Positions 13,298 through 25,669 of a stretch of 64,000 nucleotides of DNA are shown here, in pieces. How positions within the stretch are numbered: position 1 is the first letter of the stretch; each line of letters starts with the position of its first letter. The notes under the pieces are model-generated. The model saw only the letters and a list, made by a program, of their open reading frames with translations. It searched no databases and had not been told where the DNA came from. Position numbers and translations under genes: made by a program. Origin of the DNA: Octopus vulgaris (taxonomy: Eukaryota); contig OX597831.1 of NCBI GenBank assembly GCA_951406725.2, forward strand, positions 37,882,001 through 37,946,000, given 5' to 3'.

Positions 13298-13756
13298 GGT
13301 CTTTCAGAGACATGCTTTGTTCCATATAAACGATTAGTCTGTCACATTTACAGTATTTAAATCGTGCATTCAAAATAGTTATTCTGAATGAATTCAGCAC
13401 CCAGTGCGTGCATAATCCTACATAATAATCCAATATAATATGTGTTAGTATAATGCCTTCTCGTTCTAAACTATTTGAAATTATGCTACCTTCTCATAAA
13501 ATATTCGGCGCATTTAAGTTTCTGTTGTATAACAACTTTTAGACATTTCAACTCGAATTTTTCAGTAAATCATTAACCAATTATTTCCAATCTCCTACAG
13601 AGTTTCATACCTAACCATAATTCAGTTATTCATCACCACTATTCTCCCTCGAAAATGCTAGATAAATAGTACAGAGTCTCTTTTATACTAGCGAAGTATA
13701 ACCTTTGTCTATTCAGCTCTTACTACCTTTACTGTTTAACGCCCATAACAAAGGCA

Positions 13757-14205
13757 TAGGCACAGGAGTGGCTGTGTGGTAAAGAGCTTGCTTATCAACC
13801 ACATCATTCCGGGTTCAGTCCTACTGCGTGGCACTTTGAGCAAGTGTTTTCTACTATAGCCTCGGGCCAACCAGAGCCTTGTGAGTGGATATGGTAGACG
13901 GAGACTGAAAGAAACCCGTGATATATATATATATATATACATGTGTGTGTACTTGTTCGTGTGTGTGTGTATGTGTTTGTGAGTATTTGTGTTTGTGTGT
14001 GTGTGTTCCCCCACCGTCGCTTGACAACCGATACTGGTGTGTTTACGTACCCGTAACATAGTGGTTCGGCAAAAGCGTCCGATAGAATAAGTACTAGGCT
14101 TAGAAAGAGTCAGTACTGGGGTAGATGTCTTCGTCTAAAGGCGGTGCTCCAGCATGGCCGCAGTCAAATGACTGAAACAAGTAAAATAGTAAAAGAGTAA
14201 AAGAG
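13757..14205 (+). mobile_element. SINE family A, full-length reference copy
   Basis: A box TGGCTGTGTGG, B box GGTTCAGTCC, internal (TA)/(TG) microsatellite and a 3' (TAAAAGAG)n tail. Confidence 0.9.
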
Positions 14206-14790
14206 CATGTTGTCCAAAACAATGTTCACAGGACTCACCCAAATCTCCGCTCTGATTCCCCTTCACGTCACCCTTACTAAGACCCTTCGCATAAGTCATC
14301 ACCATCGACATCACCACCACCAGTTCAACGCATCAACTACCCTTACTACGATCCTACGATCACCACTATCATGCATGGTCACGAACATTACCATCCCTGC
14401 TACAATGCACCATTATATATATCCACCAACACAACAGCAGCCTGCAATAACTCACCCACAAACGCATCACGCTCTTTAAGCATAGATCCACCACCGTCAT
14501 CTCTACCACGCCATGTCCAACATGTTTTCTGCTCCACCAAGTAACACAACACCACAAACGTCTCCTCTACTATCACCATCACTACCACAGTGTATCCCCA
14601 CACATCCACAAACACATAGAGAGCCCACCATGATGACACAGCTATACCATTCTCATGAAAAATAAATCCACCACCTGCATCGATCGCTATAAAACCACAT
14701 CATGTCCGCTTATACATTCGCCTCCACCATATAACATCATCCCAAGCAGCATCACCGCAGCTACTATCACCCCCACCGCAATTCTCATAA

Positions 14791-15020
14791 ATGATCGGCA
14801 TTATCAATCTAATGGCGAACCGTTGTCCAACAGAAGGACAAACTAAAGCCATAGCAGAGATAATTCTCTTCCTTAATTTGCTAATTTCAGAGATAATAAA
14901 TTACATTTATTTACGTTATGCAAATGAGGTAATCACATTATCTATGCTGCGACCAATTTATAAAGGAATTGGATTGGTTCTGTTCAATGAAAGAAATCTG
15001 GGAATTAGACCATTTTAGAC
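14791..15020. promoter_or_regulatory. Triplicated non-coding element, copy 1 (candidate enhancer)
   Basis: Aligns with 18050-18265 and 19291-19510. Contains octamer ATGCAAAT (14918-14925), TTAATTTGCTAATT, CCAATTTATAAA and CTGGGAATT. Confidence 0.45.
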
Positions 15021-15554
15021 CGCCTGATGTATATCTTCCCCTCGCTTAATAACATCAGATCAACCGACCCCGAAATTTGTCACCACGTTTAATACTCGCC
15101 GACACCGGTTTATATAATTTCATTCTGACTGTTGTGGTCGTTAGTCTGGTTGCAGCAAGAGAAATACCTACCCCTCCCATTCCTCTTCCTCTTCCGCCTC
15201 CTCATCATCATCATCGTTGTCGTTGTAATCGTCGTCATCATCCCCATCGACGTAGTTCTTGTCATCGTCGTCATAAACGTTGTCAGCGCCAGCGTCACAA
15301 TCGTCGACATCATCGTTATCATCATCATTGCCACAATCTTTATCCTCGTCCTATTCTTCGTCGACATCATCCTTGTATAATCTCAGCAGTTGTTGCGTTA
15401 ACAATATTTATATTAGTATGTGCTGGAGGGCGACAGACGGCTAAAATAGCGACATATCGCTTGGAATTGCCTCACTGAGTTCAGATTCTACCGACGTTGA
15501 ATTTAGCTTTCATTCTTTAGAGATCAATAAAACAACTACTATTTGAGCACTGGG

Positions 15555-15792
15555 TGGAGGCACATGATCTAGGGGTTAGAGCAGCTGACTAGCGATTGAG
15601 GGATCGCAGGTTCGAATCTCAGACCGGGCGATGAGTGTGTTTATGAGCGAAACACATAAGCTCCATGCGGCTCCGGCAGAAGGTAATAGCGAAATTCTGC
15701 TGACTCTTTCGCCACAACTTTCTTTCGCTCTTTCCTCCTGCATCTTGCAGCTCACCTGGGACGGACAGGCGTCCCGTCCAGGTGGGGAACCA
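15555..15792 (+). mobile_element. SINE family B copy (3'-truncated)
   Basis: Matches 802-1040. Confidence 0.85.
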
Positions 15793-15794
15793 TT

Positions 15795-16960
15795 ACGGAA
15801 TCTTTAGCACGCCGGGAAAAAGGCTTAGCACCATTTTGTCCCTTTCTAAATTCTAAGATCAAATTTCATTCATCCGTCTTTTCGCTCTGAGTAAAAACGC
15901 CGCTGCGAACGACTTTAGACTTTATCCTCTCAGAGTCGATAAACTGTGTACCACTTGAGAACTGGAGTTGCTGTAATCGACTCACCACTTTCCCCCATAT
16001 GATGGCCTTCTGCAAAATCCGAAACCAATGTTAATATTACTATAAGGCGGCGAGCTAACGGAATCTTTGGTGCGCAAGGCAAAATGCTTAGTGGTACTTC
16101 GTCTGTCTTTTCGTTCTGAGTTCAAATTCTGCCTTTCATCCTTTTGGGGTTGATAATTTAAGTACCAGTTACGTACTGGTGTCGATCTAATCGTACTGGC
16201 CCCCTCCCCCAAAACTTCAAACCTTGTGCCTAGAGTAGAAAAGACTATTACTTTAAGACAGTGAGCGGACGGAATCTTTAGAACACGGGAAAAAATGCTT
16301 AGCGGTATTCCCACCATCTTTACGTCTTCAGTTCAAATTCTACCGAGGGCCACTTTGCCTTTCTTCCTCTCGGGGGTAAATAAAACAAGTAACAGTGGGC
16401 TCTGTGGTCAGTCTAACCGACTTACCCTCCCCTTAATATTGCTGGCCTTGTGCTAAAATTAGCAAGGACGACTATTTGTATTACTGTTTATTATATGAGT
16501 AGTTCTGATGGCGGCGAGCTGGCCATATGTCCAGCACGCCGTACCAGAGGCTTAGCGGCATTTCGTCCCCCTCTACATTCTGAGCTCTAATTCCATTCAT
16601 CCGGCCTTACGTTCTGAGTACAAATGACGACGAAGTCGACCTTAAAATTGATATTTTCAGACTCGATAGACCATGTGTCAGTTGTGCAGTAGTGTTTCTG
16701 TAATCGACTCACCGGTTTCTACTACATTGATGGCCATCTGCAAAATGTTAATATTAGTATAATTCGGTGAGCTGGCAGAATACTAAGCCCGTCGAACAAT
16801 ATGCTTATCGGCATTTTGTTCCTCTCTACATTCTGAGCTCAAATTCTGCGTTTCACCATTTTGAAGTCGATAAAATAAGTACCAGTTGAGCACAGGGGGA
16901 GATTTAATCGGCTTGGAGCCCTCACCCAAAATTGCTGGCCTTTTGCTAATATTAATAGTT
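15795..16960 (+). mobile_element. Old tandem cluster of about 5 family D-related units
   Basis: Repeated GGCGGCGAGCT..GAATC..AGCACGCCG heads with D central domains; 15805-16075 and 16533-16785 share diagnostic variants. Confidence 0.75.
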
Positions 16961-16984
16961 CTAGTAGGAATTTTATTTTTCAAA

Positions 16985-17050
<66 letters not shown>

Positions 17051-17070
17051 CAGCAGCAGCAGCAGCAGCA
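16985..17070. repeat. (AGT)n(AGC)n microsatellite
   Basis: Read directly. Confidence 0.95.
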
Positions 17071-18049
17071 TTAATAAGCTTGGTGAACTACAATTAATTA
17101 TACATACAGGAAATAGACAATACACACCATTACGAGTTGTCCACGAACCGCTACCCCACCGACATCAAAACCAAAATCCTAAAATTGAAGAGACCCGCTG
17201 AATTATGGCGGGTGGTTGAAGTTTTGAAACCTTCACTCCTTATCGCGACTTTAAAATCCCACTAAAAACAGTCTAGTGCTTATATAATGCTCTTGAGCAA
17301 TTAATTACTATTACTACGTAAATCACAACCACAGACATATACTGCATGCGCCCAACCATACCCACCACCATCAAAATCACAATAATTACGCCCTTTGCCA
17401 TCATCACCCCTTTCTCATCGTCCATCAACTCCACCCATGCACCACGTTACCCATCCTCAGTTCACGTTACCCTTAATAACCGCATATCCAGCATCATGCA
17501 ACCGCTAGATCTATCCAACAACATTGCCAACACATATTTCTCAAACCAATACCAGATTAACACCTTAGCTCACCCCCACTACAGAACCCTTATCATCGGA
17601 AAAACCACTACCTCACCAGCGCCTTGACTATACGTCATCTTAAACTACATCACCACTGCAACAAGAACACTGACAGCATAATAATCCAACAAGAAACCAT
17701 ATTGCACCTACCATCACCTCCGTCGCCATCATTTACTATATCACATTTTTATCATATTGCACATTGCCGCATCATCACTGCCACCACCACCACCATTCCA
17801 ACTGGAACCACTAATGCCGCCGCCATATCATTATGTCCTGCACTACTACACAGCCAGCCATTAAAAGCACAGCCTCTAACACCTTGTTATCTCAGTGATC
17901 ACTACCGCAGCCATACCTCGCCCAACCAGCAGGTTTTTCCTCTTCTCTCTTCATCAACACCAAACATCCGATCTCGTTACCCACCAATTTATGTAACTCC
18001 CACCTGCAGAAACATCAAAATTTCCCCCACCAGTCCACCCAAACAATGT

Positions 18050-18265
18050 CGATGGTTTACAATATTTAGACAATGAACGGTTGTTCAACATAATGACAAA
18101 CTAAACTAAAGCATTATTAAACACAATTCTCTACGTTAATTTGCTAATTTTCCTAAATTACTTTCATTTAACGTTATGCAAATGAAGTAATTATATAATC
18201 TATGTTGTAGCCAATTTATAAACGAACAGGAATTACTGTAATATGAAATGTACCTGGGAATTAAA
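18050..18265. promoter_or_regulatory. Triplicated non-coding element, copy 2 (most diverged)
   Basis: Retains GACAAACTAAA, TTAATTTGCTAATTT, GTTATGCAAATGA (octamer 18176-18183), CCAATTTATAAA and CTGGGAATT. Confidence 0.45.
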
Positions 18266-18588
18266 ATATGTTCATGGCCGCTTTCATAATATCTTAAGTA
18301 TGTTTATCCTCACTGGGATAACGGGCAATAAAGTTAATCCGCTTGGCTACTTATCTTTTCTTTAACAAGTTGTGGTGTTATCATAATATTGCGTTGCTGG
18401 TTCAACAGTCAAATATGACGATTAGCATTTAGGCCGTGAAGAACACTGGTTGCTGGAATACAGTGGTGCCCTCACACCATCGGTGCATCACGCACAATAC
18501 TTTACGGAAGGATCGTGTCGCCGAAGGTTTTCTCTCGTCTTTAAATTCCGCATCACTTGGTTTCACACGAGTAAATCGATCTTAATTA

Positions 18589-18734
18589 TACAAGGGAATG
18601 CTGAAAAGTTCCTGGCTTTAAGGATATCGCGAAAGCCCTCGTTGAAGGCCTAAAAATCTAAGTTTTTTGCAGAGCTTTGAAAAACTGAAGGACCGCTACA
18701 ATAAAAACCACCAAATTTTCAGCACCAACTCATA
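18589..18734. mobile_element. mariner-derived MITE
   Basis: Terminal inverted repeat (TIR) TACAAGGGAATGCTGAAAAGTTCCTGG; same family as 44986 and 48257. Confidence 0.65.
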
Positions 18735-19290
18735 TGTAAATCCACAAACGAAAAGTGTGTTAGGGCTTTGTACCCTTCTTATATCAGAATCTCGTCAACA
18801 TAATCACTCCCACTGTCTGCCCAAACAACTGCATGTTGATCATCGTTCGGGTCATGTAAAATACTTCTGGAACATATGAAACACTTGTAGAATTCGTACG
18901 TTAGAAATAAAGCAAAATGGTGCCGATATCACCACCGCTAACACACCAAAACCTTTCCGACAAATCCTTCACTGTTACAACCGATATTACACAACATGAA
19001 TCATAAACACATAAATGTCACACCACCACCACCACCACCACCACCACCATCACCACCACCACCACCATCACCATCACCACCATCCCACCATCACCATCAC
19101 CATCCTCACCACCACCATCACCATAACCGCTACCACCACCACTATCACCATCACCACCACTACCTCTAACAATAACATATTCTGAGATAATCACATTATA
19201 TTGTTGCCAATTTATAACCATTACCACCACCCACTTCACCGTCACCTCTATCAACAACACTACCACCAACCACCAGCGCCACCATCGTTA

Positions 19291-19510
19291 ATGGTCGACA
19301 TTATCAATCTAATGGCGAAAAGCTGTCCAACATAGGGACAAACTAAAGCCTTAACGGAAACAACTTGTTTCCTTAATTTGCTAATTTCAGAGATAATAAA
19401 TTACATTTATTTACATTATGTAAATGAGGTAATCCCATTATCTATACTGTTGCCAATTTATAAAGGAATTGGATTCGATCTGTTCTATGAAATATTGCTG
19501 GGAATTGGGC
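19291..19510. promoter_or_regulatory. Triplicated non-coding element, copy 3
   Basis: Essentially gap-free alignment to copy 1 with a 46-nt identical core; octamer variant ATGTAAAT at 19418-19425. Confidence 0.45.
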
Positions 19511-20323
19511 CCTTCTCGCCCATTTGATGTAAATCTCCCTTTCATTCGTAATATCCTTATCTTAAGTATCCCTAACTCCATTACGATATCAGCTGAAAAA
19601 CTCTGCCCAACTAATTTCTGCTTAATTTACAGTGTTGGGTCGCTTGCTTAACGGATACCTATTTCATTATCACTTAACCCATAAAAGAAGACTGGATGCC
19701 TTGTATCAGAACATGAACGCACGCAGGCGGTCCACCTCATCTGAAGTTCACTTTTAAGACGTTGTTTCACAAGAGTTACAAGGGACATGACGATAAGTTT
19801 GCAGTTGTATGCAGTCACTCTTTATCTGAGTGACAGCAGCGTAGAAGCTCATACAAGTTTTGAGCTGTAGAACGAAACATAATGATGGCTTGATTAAAGT
19901 AAGTTATATAAAATGAATTCTACGTGGGCCATGTGGTGGTGAATGTGGATTTCTAAGTGCTGGGCCAATTCAAATAAAACCTAGTAACAAGCGTATTAAC
20001 AGTAATAGTAGTAACATTTGTAGCAGCAAGAGCAGCAGCAGCAACAACAGCAATGTGGCTGTGCATTTTACCTCTTCCACTCCCCCAGTTTGGAATGTTA
20101 TTCTCATTTTTTTAGCAGCTTTATTTGCCAACTTTAAGCTACATAAAAAACTATCAGCTTCTCGAATGTCTTCGCAACTTCGATATAGGAGGAAAACGAG
20201 TTACACATGATACTAATAAATCATGACCTTATTCTATACCGTTCAATTCTTGTTCTTTCTTATTTTCTAAGCTTACAAACTTCCTACACTCGGAATCCCG
20301 GATCCACTTTCTCTCTCACTCTC

Positions 20324-20572
20324 CATACATACATACATACATACATACATACATACATACATACATACATACATACATACATACATACATACATACATAC
20401 ATACATACATGCATACATACATACATACATACATACACATACATACATACATACATACATACATACATACAAACATACATACATACATACATACATACAA
20501 ACATACATACATCCATAGATGCATACATAGAAAGATAGTTAAGTAGATAGATAGATAGATAGATAGATATAT

Positions 20573-20614
<42 letters not shown>

Positions 20615-20615
20615 T

Positions 20616-20684
<69 letters not shown>
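20324..20684. repeat. (ACAT)n and (AGAT)n microsatellites
   Basis: Read directly. Confidence 0.95.
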
Positions 20685-20686
<2 letters not shown>

Positions 20687-21290
20687 TTCTTTATTGGCCA
20701 CTGAGGGCTAAACACAGAAGGGACAAAATACAATGTAGAGCTTTTCTTTTTGGGAAGAAGAGAAGGGGGAAAAAGAAAAAAAGGGTGGGGTCCGAATTCC
20801 GATCAAATGGGATCGTGAAAAAAAAAGGGGGACCGATCAATAGGTATCGAGTAACACAGAAATGTCTATGTAAAAAGGAGGAACAAATTAGGTTTGTCCG
20901 TGGATAGAAAAGCCTACTGAAAAGACCACGGGAACCTTGGGTAATAGTATCATGCAAAAGAAAACACATTACAGTAAGTGGCTCCCTTTTTTCCTTTCGT
21001 TTTATTTTCCTTTTGGTTCATAGGATTATGCTCAAGCTGGCTCCGTCATTCACACGTGCCATCCTTGCTACATTCACCCATATTTTTTGAAGCATTCACT
21101 AGACAAAACTTCCCTCTCTACTCTCACCTTCATCTTCAATTGATACTTGAAGAAGTTGATGAGAGATTGGCCAGAGAGGAAAGTGTTTGTCTCTAGACCT
21201 TTCAGACACGTCCGCCATACACATTCTTTCGCCATAGCCACAAGTACGATGAAAAAGAATTCCTTCCCGTTTCAAGGAAGGAGGTGTGAG
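20685..21290 (-). mobile_element. Tx1/L1-clade LINE 3' fragment (ORF2 C-terminus and 3'UTR)
   Basis: Minus strand encodes FFIVLVAMAKECVWRTCLKGLETNTFLSGQSLINFFKYQLKMKVRVEREVLSSECFKK/WVNVARM..* (stop at 21018-21020), fitting the Tx1-type pattern AK..IW..R....F..RW. The 3' end is CAATAAAGAAAT and (GATA)n flanks both sides. Confidence 0.7.
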
Positions 21291-21575
21291 ATAAATAGAT
21301 AGATAGATAGATAGATAGATATATGTATGTATATTATCATATATTTATAAATGTTTATATATGTGTATGTATAAATGCAGTAATGTCTTTATGTGTATGT
21401 ATATATATATGTACATGTGTGCGCTTACGTATGAATGAGATATTTTCTCCATACATACATGCATATACCGACACGCATATGGAAAGTCCCATACACGAAT
21501 TCATTGATCCTAGCATACGAACTACATTGTATTTGCATATGTTCTCATTCCATAAAAAATCAATCTGAAACGTCC

Positions 21576-21681
21576 CGTAGTAATAATTCGCCATATTGCG
21601 GTTCATCTATCGTGGTTTTTAAACTTACGTCGATTCCTCCATGGTTTTGTTTTGCATTTATAATAAATTTAATACATACAA

Positions 21682-21737
<56 letters not shown>

Positions 21738-21828
21738 CCAGTACAGTACAGTATCTTCTTCGCGGATATTTACCAATCACGAGGAATTTTGGAACGTAAC
21801 ACCCGCGATAGTCGAGGGTATTACTCTA
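21576..21828. mobile_element. pogo/Tigger-like MITE
   Basis: Degenerate TIRs of the CAGTAATCCCTCG..TATCGCGG type; a second copy lies at 36040-36265. Confidence 0.6.
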
Positions 21829-22994
21829 TCAACTTTTAATGTTGATGTTTCCCATTATCATCACAATTCTTTCCTTTATAGGGATAAGGTCTAAAATCTT
21901 GCTGGGGGGCCTTGTCGATTACATCGACCCCAGTTTTCAAATGGTTCTTACTTTATCAAACACGAAGAATGAAGGGCAAAATCGGTCTTGGTTGAAAATA
22001 AATAAACTTAAGAATGGGCGCTCAGCATCTTGGCCGATGTGCTAACGATTCTGCTAGCTTACCATATCTACTATCAGCATCATATTGGTTTGAAATCTTG
22101 ACACAAGGTCAGCAATTTCGGGGAAAGGTGTAAGTCGATTACTTCAGCCCTAGTGCTTCACTGATATTCATTTTACCTAAGCTGAAAGGATGAAAGGCAA
22201 AGTCAACCGCTGCGGAATTTGACCCCAGAACGCAAAGAGTAGGAAGAATTACCACTAAGAATTTTGTTCGGTATGATAACAACTCTGCCAACTCACCGCC
22301 TTTGCTAACATCGTCATCATCTGAGCATCATTATGAAGAATCTGCTAGGTTTCTCAGAAAATGGCGTTCGTCCCCACTTTGTTCTCTGACCTTTATTTTC
22401 TTTTTCAATAGCCAACGCAGTCAATATCTCATTCGGTTTCTCCACAATTGATAAGGAATACCAAAGAAGAAGTGGCGACTAGTTAACAAGAGCAGGAAAT
22501 ATATTAGTTCAACAGGATCTTTTAACCATCTGCAACATTTATTTGCGATATTTACCTCATTAAGTTATGATACCAAGCACAACCGTGGTCATAATTTACT
22601 CTCACGTTAGTGAATTTGAAGAAAAAAATGGCCCTCTTCAATAATAGTACCAATATAATTAAGGGCAGTGGGTTTAGTCAATTCCTAGAGTGTTATAGAA
22701 AATGCCTTGCGGTATTTATTGTTGCATCACCGAGGTCAACCACATTGGTGTTTTGAAATATGAAGGACTCAAATAGATCTCTTATCGATCCAAAAGAGTG
22801 AAGAGATCGGCATACACAACAGACATCACTTGAGTCAGAATGCGGTAAGTTATTAATTATTAGGAGGGGTATTCGCTGAATGGACAAACATCAGCTGGTT
22901 TTGCTAATTATAGATCATCAATGTCAGTTAGTAGAGTTTTGAAGTCCGTGGAGATATTTGATGAGTGACATACGCCACTGAACTCCGGCTTCTT

Positions 22995-23433
22995 ATCATC
23001 ATCATCATCATCATCATTATCGCCGTCGTTACCATCATCATCGTCATCATCAACATCATCATCACCACCACTACCACCACCACCACCACCAACACCAACA
23101 CCATCATCATCATCATCACCATCTACCTTCCTCAGCTCTCGTGACCACCTCCTCCATCATATTCTTTTTGTTCATGGTTTCGTTCTTTGCCTATCATCAT
23201 TTTTCTTCAAACCATTTTTCACGTTCTTTAACCTACCCTTTTTGGTTTTACGCATTGTCTTCTCCTTCTCCTCCTTTTCCTCCTTTTTCTTCTTCTTCTT
23301 CTACTTCTTCTTCTTCTTATCTTTCTTCATATTCCTCTTCCATTTCTTCTTCTTCCCCTCCTCCTCCTTCTCCTCCTCCTTCTCCTTCTTCTGGTCCTCA
23401 TTCTTCTTCTTCTTCATCTTCTTCTTCTTCTTC

Positions 23434-23488
<55 letters not shown>

Positions 23489-23870
23489 CTTTCTTCATAT
23501 TCCTCTTCCATTTCTTCTTCTTCCCCTCCTCCTCCTCCTCCTTCTTCTTCTTCTTCTTCTTCTTCTTCTACTCCTCCTCCCCCTTCTACTTTTTCTGCTT
23601 CTTCTACTTCTTCAATGTCTTCTTCTTCTTCTTCTTCTTCTTCTTCTTCTTCTTCTTTGTCATCTGCTTTGCCTTCATCATCATCATCATCCTCAACATC
23701 ATCACCATCATCACTACCATCATCATTAACATCATCATCACCATCATCACTACCATCATCATTAACATCATCATCACCATCATCACTACCATCATCATTA
23801 TCATCATCATCATCATCAACATCATCATAATCATCATCGTCCTCGTCATCATCATCATCATCATCATCAC
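22995..23870. repeat. Compound trinucleotide repeat (CAT/CAC/CTT/CCT/TAT)
   Basis: Read directly; internal ~50-bp duplication at 23318 and 23486. Confidence 0.95.
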
Positions 23871-24149
23871 TTGCATCCATCTTCATATTTCTGATTGCGT
23901 TCTGTTTCTTTTGTCTCATTCCATCTTCTTTCATTTTTTTCTTTTTTTCTTCTTCAAATTATTCTCTTGCTTTTATACTTCTTCTTCTTAATCTTCTTCT
24001 TACACAGCTATGCTCATTCTTTTTTTTTTCCAAGTTTATATTCCAGTGTTTTATCCTCCAAGACATAACTGTCTCTTTCTATTCAACTATTATCAAACGC
24101 TATGTTTCGTACATTTAATTGGATCAACGAGAGTCTCAGATCCACTGCA

Positions 24150-24189
<40 letters not shown>

Positions 24190-24563
24190 ATACCACCACG
24201 ACTACCACCACTGTTTAACAGGCTTAAATGTATAACTAACCGATAGATGGCATCATGGATTCCTTGTCGTTTAGAGAGTAGACAAATCTGTATATGTGCA
24301 TGTGTGTATATGTCTCTGTGTCAGAATGTGTGTGTGTGTGTGTGTATGTGTGTGCGTAGTTGTTTGTGTGCATGTGTGTGTAGGTGTGCGTACGTCACTT
24401 TATTTCTAATCTTCTTTTTACAGGTATGCAAAGTAACACTGAATCTCTCTACCTTTGTACGTATGCATGTAAGCATTTATGTATATATGTATGTACGTAC
24501 ATACGTACGTATGTATGTATGTATGTATGCATACATACATTCATATATGTACGTATGTATGCA

Positions 24564-24613
<50 letters not shown>

Positions 24614-24622
<9 letters not shown>

Positions 24623-25482
24623 AAAGGGCTTAGTAAAATAAATTACTTTGCCGCATACTGAACTCATTACCCCCAAACTTTCGTGAGTTGAACTGACCAA
24701 ACACTATATGAGAGAGATTTTCTTTAAGTATTAGAAATGGTTTTTAAAAAAGTTTTTTAGCTGCTATTTCTAATGAGTTCAGTATGCGGCAAAGTAATTT
24801 ATTTTACTAAGCCCTTTTATATATTGTAATAATTTGAATTCGCCTTAAATGGTCCCTTTGCATACTGAACACTTGGTGAAATTAATTAATAATTAATTAA
24901 TTTTACCCTCAATTGTTGAAATTATAATTAATCTCCCTCTAATTAATGCTTCGGATTTTACCGAAATAAGCAGAGTGTTTGTTGATTTTAACCCACGCTG
25001 GTGGAAAGGGGAGAGCAGAAATTCTTCGCTTGCATGTTTGAGTTTGTTGGCACTGTTAGTTACGAGCAGATCTTCGAAAGCGATGAGAGGCCGAAAGAGT
25101 ATGCTCTCACTTTCAGTGTTTTCAAATCCAAACCAAGGAGTTTCTGAGCTGATGATAGAAGTGTCGTGATGACTAATCTTGAAACGTACGTTCTCAAATA
25201 ACCTTTGCATTTGATTTTTTGATGTCTTTACCCCCAAACTTTCGTGAGTTGAACTGACCAAACACTATATGAGAGAGATTTTCTTTAAGTATTAGAAATG
25301 GTTTTTAAAAAAGTTTTTTTAGCTGCTATTTCTAATGAGTTCAGTATGCGGCAAAGTAATTTATTTTACTAAGCCCTTTTATATATTGTAATAATTTGAA
25401 TTCGCCTTAAATGGTCCCTTTGCATACTGAACACTTGGTGAAATTAATTAATAATTAATTAATTTTACCCTCAATTGTTGAA

Positions 25483-25484
<2 letters not shown>
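24614..25484 (+). mobile_element. Non-autonomous PLE/retrozyme-like element, ~560-bp unit in partial tandem with a short inverted arm
   Basis: Direct repeat 24668-24922 / 25229-25484, inverted arm 24614-24669, HHR at 25145 and (TA)n on both sides. Homolog at 38362-39293. Confidence 0.75.
25145..25196 (+). ncRNA. Minimal type-I hammerhead ribozyme motif
   Basis: Stem I TGAG/CTCA, core CTGATGA, imperfect stem II (AGA..GTC/GAC..TCT), GAAA, palindromic ACGTACGT; predicted cleavage after 25192. Confidence 0.75.
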
Positions 25485-25513
<29 letters not shown>

Positions 25514-25526
25514 CATATATGTATAC

Positions 25527-25570
<44 letters not shown>

Positions 25571-25572
25571 TA

Positions 25573-25637
<65 letters not shown>

Positions 25638-25669
25638 CGTATATATACATACGTATATATATGTGTGTA

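Noticed and set aside
14791-15018. 75-aa ORF over the triplicated element
   Set aside because: Copy 3 has an in-frame TAG at codon 15 and copy 2 has indels, so the conservation is not codon-like.
15077-15478. His/Arg/Cys-rich 133-aa ORF with a hydrophobic start
   Set aside because: It derives from degenerate (CAT/CGT)n repeats and runs into a SINE fragment, with no independent support.
23141-23991. Long ORFs of 229-249 aa (poly-S/F/L/D/E)
   Set aside because: They are translations of compound trinucleotide microsatellites, open in several frames on both strands.
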